DNA of 62,620 nucleotides, filler included, from Malassezia furfur (taxonomy: Eukaryota), in the NCBI GenBank assembly GCA_052055015.1. It is 17 parts of 17 records of this genome, joined end to end, with 100 filler letters (N's around TTAATTAATTAA, not from the genome) between each part and the next. Parts side by side here need not be neighbours in the genome. Positions count along the whole stretch, not along the records: positions 40,865 to 44,426 come from JBQJIT010000757.1; positions 44,527 to 48,087 come from JBQJIT010000758.1; positions 48,188 to 51,744 come from JBQJIT010000759.1; positions 51,845 to 55,371 come from JBQJIT010000760.1; 13 more parts are not named here. The stretch is one strand, 5' to 3'. Positions 42,502 through 53,895 of this stretch are shown one piece after another. The notes under the pieces were generated by a model. It saw nothing but the letters and a program-made list of their open reading frames with translations, made no database searches and was not told where the DNA came from. The position numbers and the translations under genes are program-made. Position 1 is the first letter of the stretch, and every line of letters starts with the position of its first letter.

Positions 42502-44426
42502 ATGGCCGACGCCGCGCACGGCGCACGCCGCGCGGCGCGCGCGCCCGGCGGCTCGCAAGCGGGCGAAGTCGAGCACGAGTGTGCTGGAGGTGAGCTGGGC
42601 ACGTCGGTCGACTCGGGCTACGCGTGGGCGGACACGAGGGCGGAGATGGCGGACGAGCCCCTGGGGCCGGCGCCTCTTGTCGACGCGCAGGGGGCCGAGG
42701 ATGCACGCGGGGCCGACGACGCGCACGACGCGCACGACGCGCGCGACGACTCCGCCACGCCTGCCGCATCCACCGCCCCCGCCGCGCCCGCCGGCACCGA
42801 CGTCGACGACGTACCGCACCCGCCGCTCTATCCCGCGCCTCGGCGCCCACCGCAGTTCGCGGCGATGCACCGCCTGCGCTCGCCGTGGAGCGCGAGCAAC
42901 TCGCTCGCGCGCCTCGCGATGCACCGCAGCCAGTCGGGCTACGCGTCGTCGACCGTGTCTGCGCCGCCGTCCGCGCTCGAGGCCGTCGTCGACACCCCCC
43001 CGACGTCCGAGACGCCGAGCGTCCACACCGACGCCGCGGACGCGCGCGACGACGACGCACCCGAACCGATCGCGCGCCCGTTTCTGCACCTCGCGCTGCT
43101 GCGCAAGATCACCGAGGCGTGCATCGACGCGGCGTCGACGGTGCCCGACGGCGCCCACACGGCGCTCGGCACGCCGTGCATGCTGCAGGTGGGCGGCGGC
43201 CTGATTGCCGTCGGCACGACGCTGGGCGCGACGCTCGTGTTCGACCTGTCGCAGCGCCTGCGGTGCGTGTGCCGCGCACGCGCCATCGGTACGTCGCGCC
43301 GCACTCACACAGAACCCACGCACCCGGTCGTGACCGCACTGGCGCTCAGCAGCGACGCCTCGTACGTCGGCGTCGCGCACGCCTCGGGCGACATTTTCCT
43401 GTACGACGTCGCGGACGCCGAGGTGCCGGTGCGCCACGTCGTGCCCGTGCACGCCGCGGACGTCGCGGCGGGGCGCAGCGAGGGGCACCTCGCCCACACC
43501 CCCGTGACGCACCTCGCGTTCGTCGGGCGGCGCAAGACGGCGATCGTCAGCGCCGACACACACGGCCTGTGCTTCTACCACTCACTCGGGCGCGTGCTCG
43601 GCATGGCATCGCACGACACGCTGCGCGTGTACGGGCGGTACCCCGGCGCGAGCGCCGCCGAGCCGCTGCTCGACGTCGCGCCGCTCCCCTGCGGCACGGC
43701 GGCGCACGGCGCAGACGCACACAAGTTTGTCGCGCTGCTTTTGCGCGGCAAGCTGCTGCTCCTCGGCCTCGCGCCCGCCGCGCAGACCTGGTACCGTAGC
43801 CACGCGCCGCCCGGCGCCGACGCCGCCGCACACGACACGGGCGCGCTCGCGTGGTTCCCGGCGACCGAGGAGGCTGGCACGACGCACGCGCCGCAGCTCG
43901 CGTACGCGTTCGGCCGCACGCTCCACATCCTGCGCCTGCGCGCCGTGCGCGTGCGGCCGCGCGCGGGGCGCGCGCCGAGCGAGACGGGCATCGCGATCCA
44001 CGAGACGCACCTCGCCACCGCGCCGCACGCCATCGTGCGCCTGCAGTGGGTGCACCGCGAGCTGCTGCTCGTCGTGACCACCGACGCGTGGCTCCTGTAC
44101 GATGCGCAGCTCCGCGCGTTCTCCGAGTGGCAGCCGCACGACCCGGCCGTCGCGCACCTCGGCGCGGCGCACGCGGCGACGTGGCGCGCGGCGCTGCACG
44201 TGTGGCACAGCAAGGTGTTCTGCCTCGCGTACGGCGACGTGTACGTCGGCGACTTCCTCGCGTGGGACACGCGCCTCGCGCAGCTCGAGCGCGCACACGA
44301 CTACCTCGGCGCACTGCACCTCGGCCTCGCGCTCTACCACGGGCGCGGGCTCGGCTCGGGCATCGGCCTGCCGCGCGCCCCGGCCGAGCAGCGCGCGGCG
44401 ATCGCCGCGCGCCTCGACACGCTGCA
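42502..44426 (+). CDS. VPS8: CORVET subunit Vps8, truncated
   Basis: GLIAVGT...VFDLSQRL, VTALALSSD, FVGRRKTAIVSAD..GLCFYH, RVYGRYP, GALAWFP; probable in-frame intron 43289-43312. Confidence 0.85.
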
Positions 44427-44612
44427 NNNNNNNNNNNNNNNNNNNNNNNNNNNNNNNNNNNNNNNNNNNNTTAATTAATTAANNNNNNNNNNNNNNNNNN
44501 NNNNNNNNNNNNNNNNNNNNNNNNNNCGATAGGAAATAAGCACATATTTCCACTTAGTGATCGGTGCGCGTACGCGTTGAGGCGACGTCGCCGGGGCATT
44601 GGCCTAGCAACC

Positions 44613-45545
44613 ATGTCGGGGTCGTACGACCGAGGTGCGTAATAACGCGTCGAAGTGGATGTGTACTAACTTGCGGTGTAGCGCTCACTGTATTCTCACC
44701 GGATGGTACGTTTTCCAACGCGCGCTCACACCAGGCCATTTGTGCGTTGCCTCTTCTTCTCACCCAGGTTCCAGGTCGATTATGCGCTCGAAGCAGTGCG
44801 CAAGGGCACGTGTGCTGTAGGCATTCGTGGCAAGGATGTGGTGGTGCTGGGCGTGGAGAAGAAGAGCCTGCAGCAGCTGCAGGACCCGCGGACGGTGCGC
44901 AAAACGGCGATGCTGGACGACCATATTTGCCTGGCGTTTGCGGGTCTGAACGCCGATGCGCGCATCCTTATTGACAAGGCGCGGATCGAGTGCCAGTCAC
45001 ACCGGCTGACGGTGGAAGACCCGACGACGGTCGACTTCATCACGCGCTACATTGCCGGGGTGCAGCAAAAATACACACAGTCGGGCGGTATGCGGCCGTT
45101 TGGCATTTCGACGCTCATCATTGGCTTTGACCCGCACGATGATGTGCCGCGCCTGTACCAGACCGAGCCATCCGGGATGTACTCGGCGTGGAAGGCAAAT
45201 GCGATCGGCCGCTCGTCCAAGACCGTGCGCGAGTTCCTCGAGAAGAACTACAAGGACGGCATGTCTCAAGAGGAGACGATCAAGCTGACGGTCAAGAGCC
45301 TGCTGGAGGTGGTGCAGACCGGCGCGAAAAGTACGTGCAGCGAATCTCACACCAGACATCGAAATTGCAGTCATGACGGGCTATGGTCAAGTGAGGGTAG
45401 GTGCGCATGGCTCACCCAGAATCTCGAGTTGTCCGAGATCGAAGAGGTCGTCAAGGTCATCGAGGCGGAGCAGGAGGCCGAGGCCGAGCGTCGCCGTACG
45501 CGCCTTGCGGCCACCGCAAGTGCTGAGGCGTCGATCAATGAGTAG
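44613..45545 (+). CDS. PRE6: 20S proteasome alpha-4 subunit, 6 exons including a 7-nt microexon
   Basis: Introns 44635-44681, 44706-44734, 44742-44767, 45331-45355 and 45397-45419 give [27 protein letters not shown]...[17 protein letters not shown]. Confidence 0.96.
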
Positions 45546-45652
45546 AAGTAGCCTGGCACGGTTTTTATCCTAGGCCGTGTTGCACCGCGTATGGTGTGTG
45601 GGGTGGGAGCAGCGAGGAGGCTGTGATAGTATACAGGGCATGCGAAGGCGGC

Positions 45653-46972
45653 TCAGGCCGCTCCATCGTCAAAGGCATGTGTGCTCGCCAGCGTCGGCAT
45701 GGTCTGCAGTGCGCGATGCGATCCAGCATCGGTGGACGGCATATTCCGCCATGCCGACACCGAGTCGCTCAGTTCTTCTTCGCTATCCTCAGCGACCTCG
45801 GCAAAACCCTCGGCGCGCTGGCGCCAATGTGGGTGGATTCGAGCTAGCAGGGGCTGCAGCATGGCGTGGATGCGTTGGCGCCAAGGTGATGGGTCGGTGA
45901 CGAGGTGGATCGCGCCTTGCGCCTCGCCGGCATCCTCGGGCGGCTGCACGTACCGCTTCACCAGAATCGGAACGACCATGGCAATGCCGCAGACCAGCAT
46001 GATCAGCACGTTCTTGAAGCTGAACATGTGAAAATCCGCCGAGCTCGTCATGTCGCCCAGCTCCTCGCCGATGGCTGTGTGGACGAGCACCATAGAGATT
46101 ACGCCAAGGAAACACGACACCCAAAACAAGCCAATGTCAATGCCAAGGTGGGGCGCGACAATGTTGAGCATAAAGTCGGGCGGAACAGGCATCATTCTGT
46201 GTGAGGCAACCAAGACGTACCGGAGCAGGGTCATGTACCACGTCATGTTTTGATCGTACTGCTGGACGACGGCGCGCCACGACTGTACGCGCTGTTCCCA
46301 GTGGGGCAGGAGGAGCAAGCACTGTCCTGCCGAGCGGCTCAAGAGGTAGCACAGCGTGGAACCTGTCGCGATGCATGCACACACCCACGGCACAGCGATT
46401 GGCATCCCCCACATGGCGCCGGCCAGGATGTTCATGTACATCGAGCCGGGCACCGAGAAGGTTTGCAGGCTGGGTCAGATGGGTGGTACGTACAAGAGGT
46501 AGATGGACGTCCATGCGATCATAACGCGGATAAAGTGGGTATGGCTGTAATGCTGCAGTGCATCGTTCAGGACCTTGAGCTGCTCGAAGTTGCGCGGAAT
46601 GCGAATGGCGGCGCGGTCCTCATCGGCAATCACGGGCAGCGCCAGTCGAACGGTGACGATGAGCGCAAGGATAGCGCCGCCGAGCAGCACGGCCAGGTAC
46701 GCCAGTGTGCGTACAAACAGCTGGCGCCGTTCATGCGCCGACAGGGGCGGTGCGGCGTGGACGTCGTTATGCGACGGTACCGACTGCCACGCGAGGGACG
46801 ACGGCAGGAACGGCGTGCTGAGGTGAATTTCGCCGTCGGTCTCTTCCGCCCAGGCATTGGCACCGAGGTCTTCTTCCTCAACCCCCACGTCGGAGGCCAT
46901 TTCAATGTCGGATTGCGGGAGATCCCGGGGCTGCACAGGCTTGGCGCGTGATCGTGGATCAGACCCCGTCAT
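45653..46972 (-). CDS. TMEM41/VTT (DedA superfamily) membrane protein, 3 exons; start uncertain
   Basis: IPRNFEQLK, YLFLQTFSVPGSMYMNILAGAMWG, GSTLCYLLS, LRMMPVPP; introns 46470-46493 and 46197-46220. Confidence 0.85.
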
Positions 46973-47161
46973 CCTCGGCGCGGGGCTGTGGAGGTACGAG
47001 GCGTGGCTCGTGCGAGCGGGTCGGGCCGCGCGGAAGCGTCCGCTGTGGTTGGTGCCTCGGTTCGGCCCGCACGCGGCCGGTCTGGGAAGGAGCATGATGG
47101 TGTGCACTGGCCGCAGAATGCGCGCTATATAGCGAGGCAGAAGGACTATGTAGTGGGGCGC

Positions 47162-48087
47162 ATGTCGGACCCAGGATCCAGTCCGTGCCCCTCGCCGCGG
47201 TTTGACGTGCCGGCAGCGCCCGGTGGCTATGCGACTGAGTCGACGCCGACGACGTGGCCGAGCACCAGCAGCAAGTCGCGCACGAGGTCGAGTACATCGG
47301 CATGTGCCGAGGGCCTCGAGCGCCGCGTTGCGGCGCTGGAGCGGCGCATCGCGCGTTTGGAAGAGGAGGCCCTGGCCGGTGCGATGCCGCCCGTGCTCGT
47401 TCCACCGCGGTCGGGGGCCGAGACGCCCGACGAATTCAATCCATTTTGGGACGACGCTCCACCCAGCATGCATCCGTACGGGGTGCATGCATTCCCCGAA
47501 AAAGTGCTGCAGAACCGCCAGATGGCGACGATTGGGACGCCGTTCGAGGAGCAGTGCACACTATTCGGGGTGCCGTCGCGCATCGACTGGGCGCGCGCCG
47601 TCCGTGTCCCTGATCCGCCGCCCGAGGCACAGCCGGTGCGCGATGTCGTAGACGCATCCGAGTTGGTGCGCCAGGTGCTGGTGCAGCACAGCGGAGCAGC
47701 GTGCATCGCGCTGCAACACTGCCTCAAGGATGATGCGCGCGCACCGGAGGTGGTGCCTGCGGTGCGGCGGCGGCTCATCCCTCTGGCCACGGACGCCTAT
47801 GGCCGGTTTGTGGTGCATCGTGCGTTGGGCCGTGAGCCGGCCTTGGCATGGCAGCTGCAGGGCTCGTTTGCGATCCTGGCGCTGTCCCCCCACGGTGCGT
47901 TGGTAGTGCAGCGGGTGCTCGAGGTGGCCGCGGATGTTCGTTTCGCCGTGCTGCACGAGCTGCTGCAGACGCCGCTGGCCCAAACGCTGCTGCGCTCGTG
48001 TGCAGCACCCGTGTGGCAGACGGTGTGGGCGCTGCCGTGGGACGCCGAGGTGCGTGCGCACATCGCCGCGGCGCTCCACGCGCACCT
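47162..48087 (+). CDS. Divergent Pumilio (PUF) repeat protein, truncated
   Basis: Repeats ACIALQHCL, LATDAYGRFVVHRAL, LALSPHGALVVQRVLE and AAPVWQTVW at PUF spacing. Confidence 0.7.
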
Positions 48088-48242
48088 NNNNNNNNNNNNN
48101 NNNNNNNNNNNNNNNNNNNNNNNNNNNNNNNTTAATTAATTAANNNNNNNNNNNNNNNNNNNNNNNNNNNNNNNNNNNNNNNNNNNNCCGACACGTCGAG
48201 GCACCGCAGCATCGCATTGGTCGCGAGGCCCGTGTTGAGCGC

Positions 48243-51200
48243 GCCGGCACCGAGCCGCCCTGCAGCGCGGCGGCCAGCGCCGAGCGCCGCAGCGGCGTGT
48301 ACACATTCTTGCGCGCCGCGTCGGTCGTGGCGCGGTCGCGCGCCGCGTCGGCGTGCGCAAGGCACGCCGCGTACATCTTTTGCGCGATGGCGACCTGCTC
48401 CTCGTCGTGCACGTCCACCGACACGTCGAGGCACCGCAGCATCGCATTGGTCGCGAGGCCCGTGTTGAGCGCCAACAGCCCCACGCGCCCGATCGGGTTG
48501 TGCGCGACGTCGAGGTGCAGCAGGTGCTTGGCGTCGGGCAGGCACTCGGCGAGCGCCACGGCGCCCTCGGCGGTGAGCTGCGTGTCCGCGAGAAAGACGC
48601 GGCGCAGCTTGGGGTGCACGCCGAGCGCCTCGCGCAGGCGCAGCACGCCCACGAGGTTCGCGCCGCCACACGGGTTGTGGCTCACGTCGAGCGTCTCGAG
48701 CGTGGTGTTGTAGCGCAGCGCATCGGCGAGCAGCGCCAGCGCGGGCGCGTCCAGGTCGTTGTCGCTCACACTCAGCACGCGCAGCGTCGCGTTGCGGCGC
48801 ACCGCCGCGGCAAACGGCGCCATGTACGTGCGCAGCGAGTTGCTCTTCACGTCGAGCGTCTGCAGCGCACTGCAGTGCGGCAGGCGCGACAGCTTCGCGC
48901 CGTACGCGAGCGCCTCGCGCTGCAGCGCGAGCCGCCGCTCCTCGTGCGCCTGCGTGCGCCGCACGGGCGTGCCGTGCAGCAGCGCGCGCGCCACCGCCGC
49001 GTCCGACGCGCCGTACAGCTCATGCGTCGGCTCGCTCATGCGCTGCCACTGCAGCTCGGCGGCCTCGACGTACGGCTGCGCGCGGTCGTCAATGTCGCGC
49101 AGAAGCAGCGCGAGCGCCCCGACCGCCTGCCCGCCGATGCGGTTGCGCCGCAGCGACACGTGCCGGATGCGCGACGTGCGCACCGCCGCGGCCACCGCCT
49201 CGAGCGACGCGGCACGCAGGCCGCACTGCTCCATGCGCACCGTCTGCAGACTCGCGGGGCGCGCAAAGATCGCACGCACCGCCGACTTCGACAGCACGTT
49301 CTCCGACACGTCCATGTTCTCCACCACCCCGGCGCCAATCAGGCGGCCGAGCGCGTCCCAGCCGCGCGCACGCACCAGCGGGTTGCACGCCACGCTCAGC
49401 ACGCGCACACTCGGCTCGACACGCAGCGCACGCAGCACCGCCTCCGCACCCGCGTCGCTCAGATTGCAGTCCTCGAGCACCAGCCGCGTGAGGCCCATCG
49501 GCGCGCCCAGCATGTCCGCCAGCGGCAGCGCCGCATGCTGCAGATCGATCGTCGTCAGGTCGAGCGCACGCGCGTCCGTCCACGTCGCCGCCTGCTCGAG
49601 CGTCGCAAGCACCGCAGCGTGCGGCACCTCTTCGCGCGCACGGCAGCACATCCTATACAATCCTTGCAGCTCGCTCGGCGTCCACGCCCGCCCACGCAGC
49701 CGCGCCATGCGCTGCGCACACTCTTGCTCGACACGCGCACGCGTCGCCTGCTCGGTATGCGGCGCCTCGGCGTGCGCAATGGGGTACGTGTGCACAAGGT
49801 CCTCGACGCGGAAGTGCACGTGCGACCGCCGCCGCTGCTCGCGCGCACCGTCGGGCGCCGGCGTCCAGCTGCCCGACGTCCGCCGCAGTCGTGGAGCTCA
49901 GCCGACGCAGCACACCGGACAGCATCGACATGGCGCCCCCCGTCGACATGGGCATGCGGATCGGTAGACTCGGTAGGTTTTGCTGTGCCAGCCGGCTGTT
50001 GAGGCTGTACACGAGCTCCTTGCCGAGCCACAGCGCATTGTTGCTCTCGGACGGCGGCTCGCGCAGGATGCCTCGGCTGGGGCGCGGGCGGCTCGACGAG
50101 GGAGGGAAGCGCGGCGGGTCGGCCGCGGCGCTTGGGTCGGCGCTTGGGTCGGCGCTCGGCTGGGCGCTCGGTTTGGCGCTCGGTTCGGCGCTCGGATCGG
50201 CACTCCGTGCGGCGCTCCGTGCGGCGCTTGATTCAGCGCTCGTCGCGGCGCTTGGTTCGGTACTCGGTTGGGTGCTTGGTTCGGCGCTCGGTTTGGCGCT
50301 CGGTGCGGCGCTCGGTTCGACGCTCGGTTTGGCGCTCGGTTTGGCGCTCGATTCTGCGCTCGATTCTGCGCTCGGTTCTGCGCTCGATTCTGCACTCGAT
50401 TCTGCGCTCGGTTTGGCGCTCGATTCTGTGCTCGATTCTGCGCTCCGTGCGGCGCTCGATTCTGCGCTCGGTTTGGCGCTCGGCGCAGCAGCGGGCTCGT
50501 CCGCGCCCGCATCGGAGCGATCCGCGGCCTGCTCCGTGCCAACGGCCGAGGGTCCTGCATCGGCACGATCCGCGGCACGATCCGAGGCGCTCCCCCGATC
50601 GGCCGCGGACCGCGCAGCATCGGATCGTGCCGAGGCGCCCTGTGCGTCGCCCGCGGCCGCGGTCGCGGCACCCGCCCCANNNNNNNNNNGCGCTCGATTC
50701 TGCGCTCGGTTCTGCGCTCGATTCTGCACTCGATTCTGCGCTCGGTTTGGCGCTCGATTCTGTGCTCGATTCTGCGCTCCGTGCGGCGCTCGATTCTGCG
50801 CTCGGTTTGGCGCTCGGCGCAGCAGCGGGCTCGTCCGCGCCCGCATCGGAGCGATCCGCGGCCTGCTCCGTGCCAACGGCCGAGGGTCCTGCATCGGCAC
50901 GATCCGCGGCACGATCCGAGGCGCTCCCCCGATCGGCCGCGGACCGCGCAGCATCGGATCGTGCCGAGGCGCCCTGTGCGTCGCCCGCGGCCGCGGTCGC
51001 GGCACCCGCCCCACCGGCAGGCCCCTCGTTGGCTCGCGCCTCCCCCGCACCGGATTCTTCTTGCTGGCTTGGTAGCCCCTCGTCCCGCGCGTCGTCCTCG
51101 CTGTTGGGATCGCGGGGTGCCTCGGATGTTGATGCTGCGGATGCGGCAGACGCGGGCGAGTCGGACGGCCCCATGGGCGACGCAGGCGCCGCGCCGTCCA

Positions 51201-51405
51201 CGTCGTGTTCGGGCTTCGCTGGTCTGCCGCTCATCTCCGCGCCGTGCCGTGCCGGCTCGGGCGCCGGTGCGTCCTGCTCGTGCGCAGGCCCGTCTCCCGG
51301 GTCGATTGCGTCGCGAGCGCGCGCCGCGCCGTCGTCCGCGCGCGCCGTGCCGTCGTGCGTACGCACGGCGCGGTCGCCCACGTCGTCCGGCCGGTCACTT
51401 GCCAT
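48243..51405 (-). CDS. RNI-like LRR protein (Mhp1/PPP1R37-like) with a repetitive N-terminus; disrupted in this assembly
   Basis: RGIL, HVHF (RVxF-like), YRMCCRAREE and LRRs such as LRRNATLRVLSVSDN and LRYNTTLETLDVSHN; duplicated block at the 10-N gap and a frame jump near 49820-49900. Confidence 0.7.
50127..50484 (-). repeat. Coding minisatellite with a 12-nt unit (SAES/SAKP/SAEP tetrapeptides)
   Basis: About 30 degenerate plus-strand units such as GCGCTCGATTCT, GCGCTCGGTTTG and GCGCTCGGTTCG. Confidence 0.9.
50356..51013. repeat. 324-nt direct duplication flanking a 10-N scaffold gap (assembly artefact)
   Basis: 50356-50679 matches 50690-51013; Ns at 50680-50689. Confidence 0.9.
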
Positions 51406-51426
51406 GGCGGCGTAAGCATATTTCCC

Positions 51427-51744
51427 CTACGAGCCAAACGTTTTCAGTGCAATGCGCGCTTCGCCGCGCGGCGCTGCGCGGGGCCCGTGCGCGCCTCCAC
51501 TGGCGGGCCGCAGCGCGTGCTGCAGCGTGTGCCGCGCGGCGTCGGGCAGCGCGCCCGTGGCCGCCTTGAGTGCCGCGGCATGCGTCTGCGCGGTGCGCAC
51601 GACGTACGCACCCACGTACGCGTGCAGCGCGGGCGCGAGCTGTGCGTCGCGCACGCGCTCGAGCACGTCGACGAGCACGGGCAGCACGACGCCGAGCGCG
51701 CCCGCCGCGTCGGCCGCGACGCCGGGCAGCGCGCCAAGCACGTC
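51427..51744 (-). CDS. C-terminus of a HEAT-repeat protein (Laa1/HEATR5-like)
   Basis: Helical ...ALKAATGALPDAARHTLQHALR...RIALKTFGS* resembles the HEATR5 C-terminus. Confidence 0.5.
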   Translation of the reverse strand, partial: DVLGALPGVAADAAGALGVVLPVLVDVLERVRDAQLAPALHAYVGAYVVRTAQTHAAALKAATGALPDAARHTLQHALRPASGGAHGPRAAPRGEARIALKTFGS

Positions 51745-52060
51745 NNNNNNNNNNNNNNNNNNNNNNNNNNNNNNNNNNNNNNNNNNNNTTAATTAATTAA
51801 NNNNNNNNNNNNNNNNNNNNNNNNNNNNNNNNNNNNNNNNNNNNGGACGTGGGCGCCGACGCCGGCGCTGCCGCCGGCTTACGCGCGGCACTCGATGCGG
51901 CCGCCGCGCGCGGCACGTAGCTCGACGCGTGGCGCACCCCCGCACGCAGAAGCACAGACCCCGGCAAACGACCGAGGGCGGACATGGTGTCACGTGCAGA
52001 ACGCCGGCGAACGCGCTGCGCGTTTTTTTCTTCGAATAAAGCGCCCCCACCTCCGCAAGC

Positions 52061-53767
52061 ATGGCACGAGGGGTCCGCGTCGTGGACGCCGCAGACGACG
52101 CGCCGACCAACGAGGGCAAGACGCGCATCGCAGGTGATGAAGAATCGGTCGACTCGCACACGCTTGTCGCGCGCGAGCTCGGCGTCTCGACGCAGTATGA
52201 GCGCCAGGTGCTCCTCGTGAACAAGGCGCTGAACGAGGAGATCGGGTTCGGCGCGTTCCAGATCAAGCTCACGTTCCTCGCGGGCTTCGGCTGGCTCGCC
52301 GACAACATCTGGTTCGAAATCCTCGCCATGACCCTGCCGCAGGCCAAGCTCGAGTTCCAGCCGACGCACGTCGCGTTTGCGACCTTCTCGCTGTACTGCG
52401 GCCTGCTCGTCGGCTCCACGTTCTGGGGCCTGTGCTCGGACATCATCGGACGTCGGCCCTCGTGGAACATCTCGCTGTTCCTCTCGGCGGCGTTCGGCAT
52501 CGCCGTCGGCGGTGCACCCAACTTCCCCGCCATGTGCATTCTGCTCGGCTGCCTCGGCCTAGGCCTCGGCGGTAACCTGCCCGTGGACGGCGCGATGCTG
52601 ATCGAGTACATCCCAGGGCCTTACCAGTGGATCCTGACCTTCCTGTCGCTCTTTTGGTGCCTCGGCCAGCTCTTCGCCGCGGTAATCGGCTGGGCATTTA
52701 TCACCAACTTCCACTGCACCACCGCCGACGACTGCACGTGGAAGGGCAACGCAGGCTGGCGCTACTCGTGGTTCCTGCTGGGCGGCGTGGTGCTGCTCAT
52801 GTGGGTGATCCGGTTCTTTGTGTACCCGATCCCCGAGTCGCCCAAGTACCTCCTCGCGACGAACCGCGTCGAAGAGGCGTTCGAGGTGATCGAGTTCATT
52901 GCGCGCGAAAACAAGCGCACCACCACGCTCACTCTCGAGAAGCTGCGCTTCGCGGGGCTCGGACACACCGTCGACGTCGACCGCGACCGCACGGCGTTCG
53001 AGGCGGCGTGCGCCGAAAAGGAGGAAAAGGCCGCCGCGTCCACGCTGCAGGTGCGCCCGCCCAAGCCCAAGCGTGGCCTGCTGTACGAGACGATGGCGTG
53101 GAGCGACGCGCTGCGCCCGAGCCGCATTGTGCAGACCTACCGCGCGATGCACCGCTCGCCGATCTCGGCGCTGTTCGCCTCGCCGAAGATGACGCTCAAC
53201 ACGCTGCTGATCTGTGCGTGCTGGGGTGCGATCGGCCTGTCCTACCCCCTGTACAACTCGTTCATTGCCATCTACTTGCAGCACGCGGGCGTCAGCGACG
53301 GCGCCAACACGCTCTCCGACGAGTACCGTCAGCTGGTCGAGATCGCCGTGTGTGGCATCCCCGGCAGTCTGATGGCCGCGGCGATGGTCGAGCTGCCGTA
53401 CGCCGGGCGCCGGTGGAGCATGGCCTTCTTCACGGCGCTCACCGGCGTGTTTTTGTTCCTGTTCACCACGGCCAAGACGTCGAGTGCCGTGCTGGGGTGG
53501 AACTGTGCCGCGAGCCTGACGCAAAATGCCATGTACGCCATCCTCTATGCCATCACCTACGAAGTGTTCCCCGCACCGCAGCGCGGCACGGGCGACGGAC
53601 TGTCGATGAGCACACAGCGTGTGTTTGGCGTCGTGGCCACCATCATTGCCGTGTACAAAAGCGAGGAGTTCACGGCGCCGATCTACATCTCGGCGTCCTT
53701 CTTCCTCCTCTCCGCCGTCCTGATGGTCTTCCTTCCCTATGAGCCCCGTGGCCACGACGCATTCTGA
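52061..53767 (+). CDS. MFS transporter (SV2/sugar-porter-like)
   Basis: About 12 hydrophobic segments; SDIIGRR, GGNLPVD, PESPKYL, YEVFPAPQRGTG. Confidence 0.93.
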   Translation: MARGVRVVDAADDAPTNEGKTRIAGDEESVDSHTLVARELGVSTQYERQVLLVNKALNEEIGFGAFQIKLTFLAGFGWLADNIWFEILAMTLPQAKLEFQPTHVAFATFSLYCGLLVGSTFWGLCSDIIGRRPSWNISLFLSAAFGIAVGGAPNFPAMCILLGCLGLGLGGNLPVDGAMLIEYIPGPYQWILTFLSLFWCLGQLFAAVIGWAFITNFHCTTADDCTWKGNAGWRYSWFLLGGVVLLMWVIRFFVYPIPESPKYLLATNRVEEAFEVIEFIARENKRTTTLTLEKLRFAGLGHTVDVDRDRTAFEAACAEKEEKAAASTLQVRPPKPKRGLLYETMAWSDALRPSRIVQTYRAMHRSPISALFASPKMTLNTLLICACWGAIGLSYPLYNSFIAIYLQHAGVSDGANTLSDEYRQLVEIAVCGIPGSLMAAAMVELPYAGRRWSMAFFTALTGVFLFLFTTAKTSSAVLGWNCAASLTQNAMYAILYAITYEVFPAPQRGTGDGLSMSTQRVFGVVATIIAVYKSEEFTAPIYISASFFLLSAVLMVFLPYEPRGHDAF

Positions 53768-53895
53768 TTCGTCCGCGCCAATGGTGTGCGCGGCGCCTCT
53801 TCTTGTACCATACATAGCGGGCGCGGGGCCCTCGATGTCGCAATTGTCACGTGCACGGAAGACGAGCCGCCCGGCGGCGCTCCCCCTCGTCCACG

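Noticed and set aside
48188..48242. Direct repeat of 48418-48472 at the contig start, as a possible tandem duplication
   Set aside because: Exactly 55 nt at a contig end, the same length as the contig 2/7 overlap; consistent with a de Bruijn graph loop.
50127..51013. CRISPR-like array or real 324-nt duplication
   Set aside because: The units are contiguous with no spacers, and the duplicate copies flank a 10-N scaffolding gap.
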